Shown here: piece by piece, positions 25,068-31,909 of the stretch
How the letters are laid out: every line of letters begins with the position of its first letter
Numbering within the stretch: the first letter of the stretch is position 1
Virus record (IMG/VR): IMGVR_UViG_3300017713_000040
Reading direction: 5' to 3' (one strand)
Length of the DNA stretch: 32,143 nt
Source of the DNA: a virus
Translations under genes and position numbers: made by a program
The notes under the pieces: model-generated
Database searches by the model: none
The model's input: only the letters and a program-made list of their open reading frames with translations
What the model was told of the DNA's origin: nothing

Positions 25068-25940
25068 ATGTCGGGAACAGGATTTTTTGATGTAGGACAA
25101 GCAGTTTATCTGCCCAAGGACACATTGACTTGGGCCAATCTAGGATCATCACCTTACGGCAGTTGGGACTCCTACACAACATGGTATAAGAATCTCACAT
25201 CAAGTTCAACCGTGGCATTCACATCTGCCATCATTGACTTTGGTAGGAGTGCCAAGGTGGTGCCACAGATAACTTTATCAACAGCCAAAGACGGCAACCT
25301 TACAGAATCTATCACACTTGACTCTAGTAATGACGACATACCACAGTTCCTTATAGAAGGCAGTGACAACAGCGACATGAGTTCGGCCACATCAGTCACA
25401 TTGACAAGGACATCTAATCCGGACTTCACAAGTCTAGGAGCAAAAAGATATTACAGGGTGACAACGACAATTGACGCAGGTTCAAACACATTGCCTAACG
25501 CGATATCGGGAATAAACATAGATCTTAACACCACAACACAAGAAGAGATAATTGAAAGTTTCAACACGGCCACGGTTGATGACGGTAGCACCACAACAAG
25601 GGTAGTGCCAACAAACAATACATTCACAGACATTCAATTTGTAGGCATAACGCCTAGGACAGAGGTCAGTGACACCGTTGTGACAGGCAGTGGCGGTGCT
25701 GTGTCTTTGTATGTGGCCAGTGGCTATGTCAATACAGGTTATTTCGTTGGTGATACCAGTAGTGTATCAACAGGTTCAATCACATCAGTGCCTTTGGCTA
25801 GATGTGTTAGTAAATCGACTAACAATTTCACTATACAGGTGTATCTGCCTAACAACGCAACAGACACGAACGGCACATTTGATTTCTTGGTCAAAGGACT
25901 GCCTGTGGTGTCCATAAGTGCCGAGGGCAATTTAGAATAG
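25068..25940 (+). CDS. Tail-tip/fibre-associated hypothetical protein
   Basis: 290 aa with AGGAG SD, S/T-rich, directly after the J-like gene. Confidence 0.6.
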   Translation: MSGTGFFDVGQAVYLPKDTLTWANLGSSPYGSWDSYTTWYKNLTSSSTVAFTSAIIDFGRSAKVVPQITLSTAKDGNLTESITLDSSNDDIPQFLIEGSDNSDMSSATSVTLTRTSNPDFTSLGAKRYYRVTTTIDAGSNTLPNAISGINIDLNTTTQEEIIESFNTATVDDGSTTTRVVPTNNTFTDIQFVGITPRTEVSDTVVTGSGGAVSLYVASGYVNTGYFVGDTSSVSTGSITSVPLARCVSKSTNNFTIQVYLPNNATDTNGTFDFLVKGLPVVSISAEGNLE

Positions 25941-25969
25941 TTAAATATAAACAATAGGAGAAACAAACA

Positions 25970-26404
25970 ATGGCTTGGCCAACAAATGATTCAAACATAG
26001 ACACTTCAAACCTGGACGCAGGCACGGCTAATCCTGCCAGTGCTAGACCAAATTTAAAGACAGCACTTGATGAGATCAAGAACATCATCAATGGTCGTAA
26101 TGAAGCGTCAGGTGTTGCTGGCATAGACGCCAGTTCAAAGATTTCAAACGCACAACTGCCTGACACCATAGTCAGTAGCAGTTCAACAGACTTGACATTG
26201 ACACCAACAACAGGAACGGTCAACATCAACTCTGTATTACAGATGAATCCACAATCAAGATCAGCCTTGTATGCAAGATCAGATCTAGCAGATGGTATGA
26301 TAGCAATGGCATCAGATGGTGATTCAACCGTTGATACACCTGTGTATTATGCTGGTGGTGTGTGGAGATATTTTTCAGACAATTCTGAAGTGTCGAGTTC
26401 ATAG
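25970..26404 (+). CDS. Short tail fibre-like protein
   Basis: 144 aa with AGGAG SD. The N-terminus MAWPTNDSN...ARPNLKTALDEI is paralogous to ORF 5987. Confidence 0.6.
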   Translation: MAWPTNDSNIDTSNLDAGTANPASARPNLKTALDEIKNIINGRNEASGVAGIDASSKISNAQLPDTIVSSSSTDLTLTPTTGTVNINSVLQMNPQSRSALYARSDLADGMIAMASDGDSTVDTPVYYAGGVWRYFSDNSEVSSS

Positions 26405-26427
26405 GATTCCTGTGACGAGGTCAGTGA

Positions 26428-26685
26428 GTGCAAAACTTCAACGAGCGATTACAAAAATACGGCTATTGGCGGTGTGAGAAATTGACCCCTAGGGGCAAGG
26501 GCAGTCATATGAGATGCCTCGGAGACAAACATTCATGCCGTTTCATCTTACACAAACAACCACGCAGTGAAGTGACGAAACTGCCACCAAGATACACAAG
26601 AAAAGAACACAACAGATTAGACTCTTACAGTTTCGACTATTTCATCAAGACAGAGATCAATCGGTTGAGAAAACCACCCAAGTAA
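26428..26685 (+). CDS. Small basic protein with weak HicA/YcfA-like features
   Basis: 85 aa with a GTG start 7 nt after GAGG. LQKYGYW....PRGKGSHMRC.......FILHK loosely matches HicA l.k.Gf....qkGSH.......v.vP.H. Confidence 0.45.
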   Translation: MQNFNERLQKYGYWRCEKLTPRGKGSHMRCLGDKHSCRFILHKQPRSEVTKLPPRYTRKEHNRLDSYSFDYFIKTEINRLRKPPK

Positions 26686-26701
26686 TTTGGTCTAGACCAA
26701 A
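26686..26701. promoter_or_regulatory. Perfect 16-bp palindrome TTTGGTCTAGACCAAA (operator candidate)
   Basis: The sequence is self-complementary. It starts at the first base after the stop of ORF 26428 and lies 79 bp upstream of the -35 at 26780. Confidence 0.5.
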
Positions 26702-26779
26702 CCTTACCAACCAAACACTACCAAAACCGCTTCTATTATAGCCTTTAAACTTACACAGACGCCTGTATATCAAAAAGTC

Positions 26780-26807
26780 TTGACATCTGGTAGCATTGGA
26801 CTATATA
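26780..26807 (+). promoter_or_regulatory. Sigma70-type promoter: TTGACA-N16-TATATA
   Basis: TTGACA lies at 26780-26785 and TATATA at 26802-26807. The geometry matches the promoters at 32010 and 27155, with an ATG 6 nt after the -10. Confidence 0.6.
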
Positions 26808-26813
26808 CTTGTG

Positions 26814-27150
26814 ATGTAGGCAATTTTTAGGCAATAGACAACTCAACAAAGGCACAAAGTTTTGGCAGTTATCTAAGAAACTGTGGGGTGTAAAGAACGC
26901 ACCGTCCTAGTAGCACACTATAAAACCTTAAGGCGTTTTAACCAACAAGCCAGTTAGGTGATTTTGTGTGTGAGGCAGAGAGGCCAGGGACACGAATCAG
27001 ACCGACAAACCACTCTCAAAAATTTCGCGTTCTGGTAATCTGAATGTTAGACAAAAATGAATAGGTCCATTGAAGAGAAAACTTTACGAGTCCTTTAGGA
27101 CGAAGTAATCGTCGTCATAGACGACGAACTCAGTGCTTTCGCACTTCGTA
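26814..27150 (+). ncRNA. Candidate ~340-nt non-coding transcript
   Basis: It begins with the start-stop ATG-TAG (26814-26819). All three frames are stop-dense, and the longest ATG ORF is 13 codons with no SD. It ends in a compact multi-hairpin structure (27100-27149). Confidence 0.4.
26817..26835 (+). repeat. Direct repeat TAGGCAAT-ttt-TAGGCAAT (11-nt period) at the predicted 5' end of the transcript
   Basis: Copies lie at 26817-26824 and 26828-26835. Confidence 0.7.
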
Positions 27151-27154
27151 TTTC
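27100..27154 (+). terminator. Two-hairpin structure with competing outer stem, then a T-rich tail; possible terminator or attenuator
   Basis: Hairpin 1 is TCGTCGTC-ata-GACGACGA (27109-27127). Hairpin 2 is AGTGC-tttc-GCACT (27132-27145). ACGAAGT (27100-27106) can pair with ACTTCGT (27143-27149). The tail reads TATTTCTT. Confidence 0.35.
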
Positions 27155-27183
27155 TTGACATCTCAATTGAATTCAATTATAAT
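27155..27183 (+). promoter_or_regulatory. Consensus sigma70 promoter: TTGACA-N17-TATAAT
   Basis: TTGACA lies at 27155-27160 and TATAAT at 27178-27183. The ATG at 27190 is 6 nt downstream. Confidence 0.8.
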
Positions 27184-27189
27184 CGTGTT

Positions 27190-27399
27190 ATGTCAGATCA
27201 ATTAAAATTTTTAAAGAAATGCAATGATCATTGTGAATTGTTTCTACAAGAAACATCCAATTCGTGTCACTACTCGTGCCTGAGATGTCGAGAGCACGGG
27301 TTCATCAAATGGCTCAGTTATGAACAACATTGGGAACTCGCTGAAGTGATGTCACCGCCACAAGGAATACACATCGACGAATATCTAGAGGTTAAATAG
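27190..27399 (+). CDS. Leaderless Cys-rich small protein (zinc-binding candidate)
   Basis: 69 aa. Cysteine spacing is CNDHC(x10)CHYSCLRC. The ATG lies at the predicted transcription start. The GTG start at 27133 in the ORF track lies upstream of the promoter. Confidence 0.55.
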   Translation: MSDQLKFLKKCNDHCELFLQETSNSCHYSCLRCREHGFIKWLSYEQHWELAEVMSPPQGIHIDEYLEVK

Positions 27400-27693
27400 T
27401 TTTGTCCTACTCCTTGCAAAACGAGAGGGACAAGGCAAGATGCCATCTTCTGACAGGCATCTTTCCCCTTCGCTGGGTGGTTCTTATCTAAATCTATTGC
27501 CATACATTTAAATCCCCACCCAGCACTCTATTTCATATCACCTGCATTTATATCTGCTTAAATATAAACGCATCCAACGGTTAGTCATGGTCTCCCAAGA
27601 CTAAGGCGTGCTCTAAAGATCCGTTGGATGCACTTAATAAGTAGGGGACCATCTTGTCGGTGGCCATATCCTTGATGGTCCCTTTAAAAAACA
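27400..27693 (+). other. ORF-free 294-nt spacer folded into at least five consecutive stem-loops; structured RNA leader, ncRNA or ori candidate
   Basis: The stems lie at 27402-27433, 27437-27463 (8 bp), 27472-27524 (9 bp), 27544-27571 (10 bp with 1 mismatch), 27570-27631 (11 bp with a nested 6-bp hairpin) and 27645-27682 (9 bp). Confidence 0.5.
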
Positions 27694-28017
27694 ATGTCAG
27701 ATTTCATAGAACACAACAGACAGAATCACCCAGCGGTGTTGGAACGGGTAAGGAACAACATCATTAGAGAAAGCCAGAACTATGATCGTTGGGAAGAGTT
27801 CATTAAACAGGCCAAATACAACATTCACAGATTCGTCGATGGTGTAGTGGACATAGATCAAGAAGGTTATGAACCAGCACCACAGATCAGAGAAGTCTAC
27901 ATGGATGTGGATGAATGGATGGAAACACGCCATTTCTTATTATGGTTGGCAGAAGGCAAGAACAAACCCAAGTGGTTGGAAAAGGAGTTGGTTTGGCAAC
28001 TACTGAAAGCAGAATAA
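27694..28017 (+). CDS. Hypothetical early protein
   Basis: 107-aa ORF with no SD (A-rich leader). Its 3' end overlaps the methyltransferase frame. Confidence 0.5.
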   Translation: MSDFIEHNRQNHPAVLERVRNNIIRESQNYDRWEEFIKQAKYNIHRFVDGVVDIDQEGYEPAPQIREVYMDVDEWMETRHFLLWLAEGKNKPKWLEKELVWQLLKAE

Positions 28018-29192
28018 TCAACGGCGACTCAGCCATCGAACTCAAGAAGTTCGCAGACAATTCAATTGATGCTGTCATAACAGATCCACCATATGGCATA
28101 GAATTTTTAGCAAAGGATTGGGACCGAAACACAGGCGCAGTGGAGATATGGCAGGAATGTCTCAGGGTATTGAAGCCAGGTGGATTCCTGTTGGCCTTTT
28201 CGGCGGCAAGGACCTATCACAAACTGGCCACCAACATTGAATCAGTGGGATTTGAGATCAGGGATCAGATAATGTGGCTGTATGCTTCAGGATTCCCCAA
28301 GGCACAGGACATAGGCAAAGCAATCCAAAGACGACAGGGTGTTGAAGAGACAATGTCATTGGAAGAGTATGAAAAATTAACGGGTGTGACCAATCTTCCT
28401 AAAGGCAATCAAACATTTGGACACAACGACGACACAGATGGACAAAAATCTGCAGGATTGAGTGGACGGATAACCATACCCACATCACCAGAAGCACAAA
28501 AGTGGTCAGGTTGGAAGACACAATTAAAGCCAGCACACGAACCCATATGTATGGCAAGAAAACCATTCAAAGGTAGTCACATAGACAATGTATTAAAACA
28601 CGGTGTTGGAGCATTAAACATAGATGAGTCAAGGATACCATATATGGATGCAGGCGAGATCAACCCTTGCATCCCCCAAGCAGGTCGTAGGACAGCGTCA
28701 TTTTCATTTGGTCATAAACCAACACAATCAGGTGGTGATGGATCTCCAGAATTTGTTGCCAATGAAAAAGGTAGATTCCCTTCAAATGTGATAGGTGAAG
28801 TAGAAGGTTATCAAAAGTTCTTTTATTGTCCTAAAGTTAGTAGAAAAGAAAGAAATCTAGGTTGTGAAGATATAGAAGCAAAACCATTGTTCAAAGACCG
28901 CCACCGAGACGCAAAAGCATTGGGCAGTTGGGCGGACAAACGAGACCAAGCACACAGGAACCATCATCCAACTGTGAAACCTGTGGCATTAATGAAGTAT
29001 TTGGTGAATTTGGTCACCCCTTTAAACACACACATATTGGATCCATTCGCGGGATCAGGCACAACGGGCATGGCCTGTAAAGAACTGGGCAGGAGTTTCA
29101 CGGGCATAGAGCAGGATCCAGCATATTGTGACATAGCAAGACGCAGGATATCTGCAACAAAAACAGACCCTAAAAACTGCCTTTTCGAGTAG
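27993..29192 (+). CDS. Beta-class (motif IV before motif I) N6-adenine/N4-cytosine DNA methyltransferase, orphan
   Basis: Motif IV is AVITDPPYGIEF and motif I is ILDPFAGSGTTGMACKELGRSFTGIEQD. The preferred start is TTG 27993, 5 nt after AAGGAG (27982-27987). The alternative ATGs at 27915 and 27942 lack an SD. Confidence 0.85.
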   Translation: MATTESRIINGDSAIELKKFADNSIDAVITDPPYGIEFLAKDWDRNTGAVEIWQECLRVLKPGGFLLAFSAARTYHKLATNIESVGFEIRDQIMWLYASGFPKAQDIGKAIQRRQGVEETMSLEEYEKLTGVTNLPKGNQTFGHNDDTDGQKSAGLSGRITIPTSPEAQKWSGWKTQLKPAHEPICMARKPFKGSHIDNVLKHGVGALNIDESRIPYMDAGEINPCIPQAGRRTASFSFGHKPTQSGGDGSPEFVANEKGRFPSNVIGEVEGYQKFFYCPKVSRKERNLGCEDIEAKPLFKDRHRDAKALGSWADKRDQAHRNHHPTVKPVALMKYLVNLVTPLNTHILDPFAGSGTTGMACKELGRSFTGIEQDPAYCDIARRRISATKTDPKNCLFE

Positions 29193-29255
29193 ATCTCAAC
29201 CGCAGGTTGTAAAATATCCCCCAAAAACCCCCATATTATGGCACTTTTCTGCCGG

Positions 29256-29283
29256 TTGACGCTATCGTATGCCGTGTTATACT
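29256..29283 (+). promoter_or_regulatory. Sigma70-type promoter: TTGACG-N16-(TGt)TATACT
   Basis: TTGACG lies at 29256-29261 and TATACT at 29278-29283. An ATG at 29289 follows 5 nt after the -10. Confidence 0.65.
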
Positions 29284-29306
29284 CTAGTATGAACAAAGGG
29301 AGAACA

Positions 29307-30065
29307 ATGTTAGAAAAGAGCACAAAAAAACAATATCCGTTTACACTACAGGCGGACGCAACTTTTAGGTTTGAGCCAGTAGGCGAACAATTGGCTGAAT
29401 GGCGAGAGATGGTAGGTAATTTCTACAAAGATTACCTTGACGCAGGTGATTCATTGAGTGATGAAGCCGGAAGGGGAACCGCGATGATCATACCGGGTTT
29501 GACAGATGACATACACGATTATCTAGTCAAAATAGGTGATGACACAGTTGGTTGGGTTACCATTAAGAGTATGGACGCAATCTTAAACGGTCAGTCAGTA
29601 GGTGAAGATACACGGATAGAAAATGTGTATGTGAAGCCAGAATTCAGAGGCTTTGGTATAGCACAAAGGATCTACGAGAAATGTATCAACGAACACCATG
29701 CCACACAGATACATTTAAGTTTCGCTAGGATTTCAGGCCCTAACAACCAGCAGTATTGGAAGTCAATTGGTTTCAACTTTGTTTCAATCCAGTTGGGCCA
29801 GATGGGTGGCAGACAGGCCCTATGTGCTTTGTTGACAGAATTACCACCAGCGCCTGCCATGAAAGGCCTGTATCATTGGTTAGACAGGGATGGCGTCAAA
29901 AACGCCAAGAGATTCAGTGAGAAGGTTGCTAAAGCCTATATGAGAATGACAGGTAGAAGCAGTGATGAATTACAAGTGAACCAGCACCTTTTGAGACCGG
30001 TGCTAGAACGGATCAATCACAAAGTAGAATACCTTAACCCAGAAATTTTAGAAGAGTATGTATAA
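29307..30065 (+). CDS. GNAT family N-acetyltransferase with a ~90-aa C-terminal extension
   Basis: Motif A is VYVKPEFRGFGIAQRIYEKC. GGGAG lies 5 nt before the ATG at 29307. An in-frame leaderless alternative start is at 29289. The ORF-track start at 29238 lies upstream of the promoter. Confidence 0.7.
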   Translation: MLEKSTKKQYPFTLQADATFRFEPVGEQLAEWREMVGNFYKDYLDAGDSLSDEAGRGTAMIIPGLTDDIHDYLVKIGDDTVGWVTIKSMDAILNGQSVGEDTRIENVYVKPEFRGFGIAQRIYEKCINEHHATQIHLSFARISGPNNQQYWKSIGFNFVSIQLGQMGGRQALCALLTELPPAPAMKGLYHWLDRDGVKNAKRFSEKVAKAYMRMTGRSSDELQVNQHLLRPVLERINHKVEYLNPEILEEYV

Positions 30066-30089
30066 TCAACAACAACAGAGAGAGGACAA

Positions 30090-30821
30090 ATGACAACAAA
30101 GACCTTAAAAACAGAAACAGGACTATCAGCGGCAGACTACATGAGAAAGGCGACCCTAGAAACATCGCTCGAGAAGTTCCATCCGGACCTTCACGATGCT
30201 GTCAGACAGAGACACGAGAGCGTCCAGATAGACGAATCGCGAGGCAGTATGACCACGAGTTGGACATTGGGACAACTATACACGCCAGAGGCCAGCAAGA
30301 AGTTCGCTAGGGAGATAGAGAAGTTCGTGACCAAGAACAAGAGCCGTATCAAGAAGTTGGGCGAGAGATACAGGCACCTACAGGCAGAGATGTCAAAGGC
30401 TGACAAGGCCAGGGATCAATTGAGGAGCAACAACTATGACAACTACCACAACACCAGAGATGCTTGGAAGAACATGGCCAAGCCGTTGGGAATACATCCT
30501 ATACTGACTGACAAAGGCCAGATCAGCAGGAGCAAAATGCAGAAGGTAGTGCAGAAGAAAGGTGAGAAAGAGGCCAAGAGGCTGTTGGATATCTACAACG
30601 AGCAGTATATCCCACAAGTGAACAAGGCGCTGAAGAAGGCACAGGCCAACACCAAAACACTGAGTCAAGCAGACTCCAACAAGATAGAGTCTAGGAATAG
30701 ATTGGTGCCGGAGTGTAATGAGGTGCTGAAACAGTTGGCCCTGTTGAGTGCCAACACCTACGATGCTAGAAAGGACGAATTCAAGAAGATCGAAGGCTAT
30801 TGGGGCAGTGATTACTTCTAA
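30090..30821 (+). CDS. Hypothetical K/R/E-rich helical protein
   Basis: 243-aa ORF with a GAGAGAGG SD-like sequence upstream. Confidence 0.6.
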   Translation: MTTKTLKTETGLSAADYMRKATLETSLEKFHPDLHDAVRQRHESVQIDESRGSMTTSWTLGQLYTPEASKKFAREIEKFVTKNKSRIKKLGERYRHLQAEMSKADKARDQLRSNNYDNYHNTRDAWKNMAKPLGIHPILTDKGQISRSKMQKVVQKKGEKEAKRLLDIYNEQYIPQVNKALKKAQANTKTLSQADSNKIESRNRLVPECNEVLKQLALLSANTYDARKDEFKKIEGYWGSDYF

Positions 30822-30853
30822 AAAGTGTTGTATTTTTACAACACCTACATAGG

Positions 30854-30881
30854 TTGACGCATCGCCAAGATGTGCTACAAT
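30854..30881 (+). promoter_or_regulatory. Sigma70-type promoter: TTGACG-N16-(TGc)TACAAT
   Basis: TTGACG lies at 30854-30859 and TACAAT at 30876-30881. The leader ATGAACAAA...GGGAGAA is homologous to that of the promoter at 29256. Confidence 0.7.
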
Positions 30882-30917
30882 TTAGAATGAACAAACAACA
30901 AAAAGGGAGAAAATAGT

Positions 30918-31466
30918 ATGGGACAAGCGAAGTTAGAATGGAAATTGGACACCGAAGAAGGCAAGGTGACCACACTGGGCCACGACCTGTTCTCGGAACC
31001 AGACAATTGGATATTCAGAGATGACGCAGAAGATCCAGATGAAACACTTGAATTCGCAGAGAAGCAATTGGCGGATCACATATGGAACAAAGGTCGAATC
31101 AGAACCACGGTGCTGATACACGACAATGGTGCCTACGGACACAGAACAGAGATCGAACCCAAGAGATACGAAGACCTCGATCGATTGTATAGTTGGTGTG
31201 CAGAGAACATCACACAATCCGTCTACATGGACACGGTGATCTATCCGTGCAATGACTATGTGTGTGATAATTGTTTCAAGGAAGTGGATGAACCAGAGAC
31301 CAGAGAAGAGATACTCGAGGCAGGTTATGTGTTGAATGATCACTACGATCTAGTGTTGTTGGCACACGCAACACCCGAACAGAGAGGTGCCCACATGGCC
31401 AAGACCGCAGACCCAGAAGCAATGAGCCGGAAGTATCTGTTAGACGCAATAAAGGAGCCAGCATAA
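30918..31466 (+). CDS. Hypothetical acidic early protein
   Basis: 182-aa ORF with AGGGAG SD, visibly D/E-rich. Confidence 0.65.
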   Translation: MGQAKLEWKLDTEEGKVTTLGHDLFSEPDNWIFRDDAEDPDETLEFAEKQLADHIWNKGRIRTTVLIHDNGAYGHRTEIEPKRYEDLDRLYSWCAENITQSVYMDTVIYPCNDYVCDNCFKEVDEPETREEILEAGYVLNDHYDLVLLAHATPEQRGAHMAKTADPEAMSRKYLLDAIKEPA

Positions 31467-31606
31467 TGAGATACAAGATAGTGATCGGCACAGGAGAGAA
31501 CCAAGAGACTACAACTTGGATAGAAGCAGACTCCGTAGCCGAAGCAAGAGAACAAGTGACTATTGAGGTAAGCAGAGACCCAGAGATTGCAGAGCAATCC
31601 GCGTAA
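31466..31606 (+). CDS. Small hypothetical protein (46 aa), below the ORF-track cutoff
   Basis: There is a TAATG junction at 31464-31468, and AAAGGAG (31451-31457) lies 8 nt upstream. Confidence 0.4.
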   Translation: MRYKIVIGTGENQETTTWIEADSVAEAREQVTIEVSRDPEIAEQSA

Positions 31607-31792
31607 GGTTGATATAGTATTACGACCCTAACGACAGCACGATACACACCGTATGACCGTATCAAAGGGTAGCATATCTACGGCTATAGACTGGGTAAGG
31701 CCGACCTTGTGCCAGTCACTGCCAACCATACTACATCCTGTGTCAGCCTACCATACGGCCACCATTGGGCCAGAATTGGAATGGTATTGGGG

Positions 31793-31831
31793 TTGACATC
31801 TGATCATTCTGTGTTATAATTGTATTATAAT
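31793..31831 (+). promoter_or_regulatory. Sigma70-type promoter: TTGACA-N16-(TGt)TATAAT, with a second TATAAT 5 nt later
   Basis: TTGACA lies at 31793-31798, TATAAT at 31815-31820 and a second TATAAT at 31826-31831. Confidence 0.65.
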
Positions 31832-31909
31832 CCTACCGGTGTGACCGTATTACCATCCTATTAGAAAGATCCTGCTAGGGTGGCTCACGGTTCTGACGGT
31901 GGCACCAGG

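Noticed and set aside
550-25917. Alternative-frame + strand ORFs nested in larger genes (550-816, 6090-6302, 6848-7033, 8482-8736, 11865-12062, 21789-22007, 25690-25917)
   Set aside because: Each is fully embedded in a better-supported ORF. None has an SD and their compositions are odd, so there is no evidence for overprinting.
26686-26701. The palindrome TTTGGTCTAGACCAAA as the late-operon terminator
   Set aside because: It would give only a 6-bp AU-rich stem with a 4-nt loop and has no downstream T-run. An operator-like protein-binding site is the more plausible reading.
27133-27189. N-terminal extensions proposed by the ORF track (27133 for the Cys-rich gene, 29238 for the GNAT, 5915 for the short fibre, 22021 for the first tail GNAT, 14399 for the scaffold, 762 and 1179 for early ORFs)
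   Set aside because: The extended starts lie upstream of the mapped promoters (27155 and 29256) or lack an SD. Downstream in-frame starts have AGGAG-type SDs, TAATG/ATGA coupling, or sit at the predicted transcription start.
27318-27503. 61-aa minus-strand ORF spanning the end of ORF 27190 and the first hairpins
   Set aside because: It has no promoter or RBS on the minus strand and overlaps a + strand gene end. The region is better explained by the palindromic stems, which create open frames on both strands by symmetry.
27570-27631. tRNA-like appearance of the 11-bp-closed structure GCATCCAACGG...CCGTTGGATGC
   Set aside because: The element is only 62 nt long. It has no T-loop (GTTCRANNC) or D-loop signature and only one internal hairpin, so it cannot form a cloverleaf. 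It is treated as part of the structured spacer.
26700-27693. A CRISPR mini-array or solitary CRISPR repeats in the ORF-free regions
   Set aside because: The hairpins all differ in sequence. There is no repeated 25-40-nt unit with regular spacers, and only an 8-nt direct repeat (TAGGCAAT x2) is present.
31276-31665. Minus-strand ORFs 31276-31665 and 31343-31597
   Set aside because: They are antisense to the SD-led ORFs 30918-31466 and 31466-31606. No minus-strand promoter is evident, and every other gene in the genome is on the + strand.
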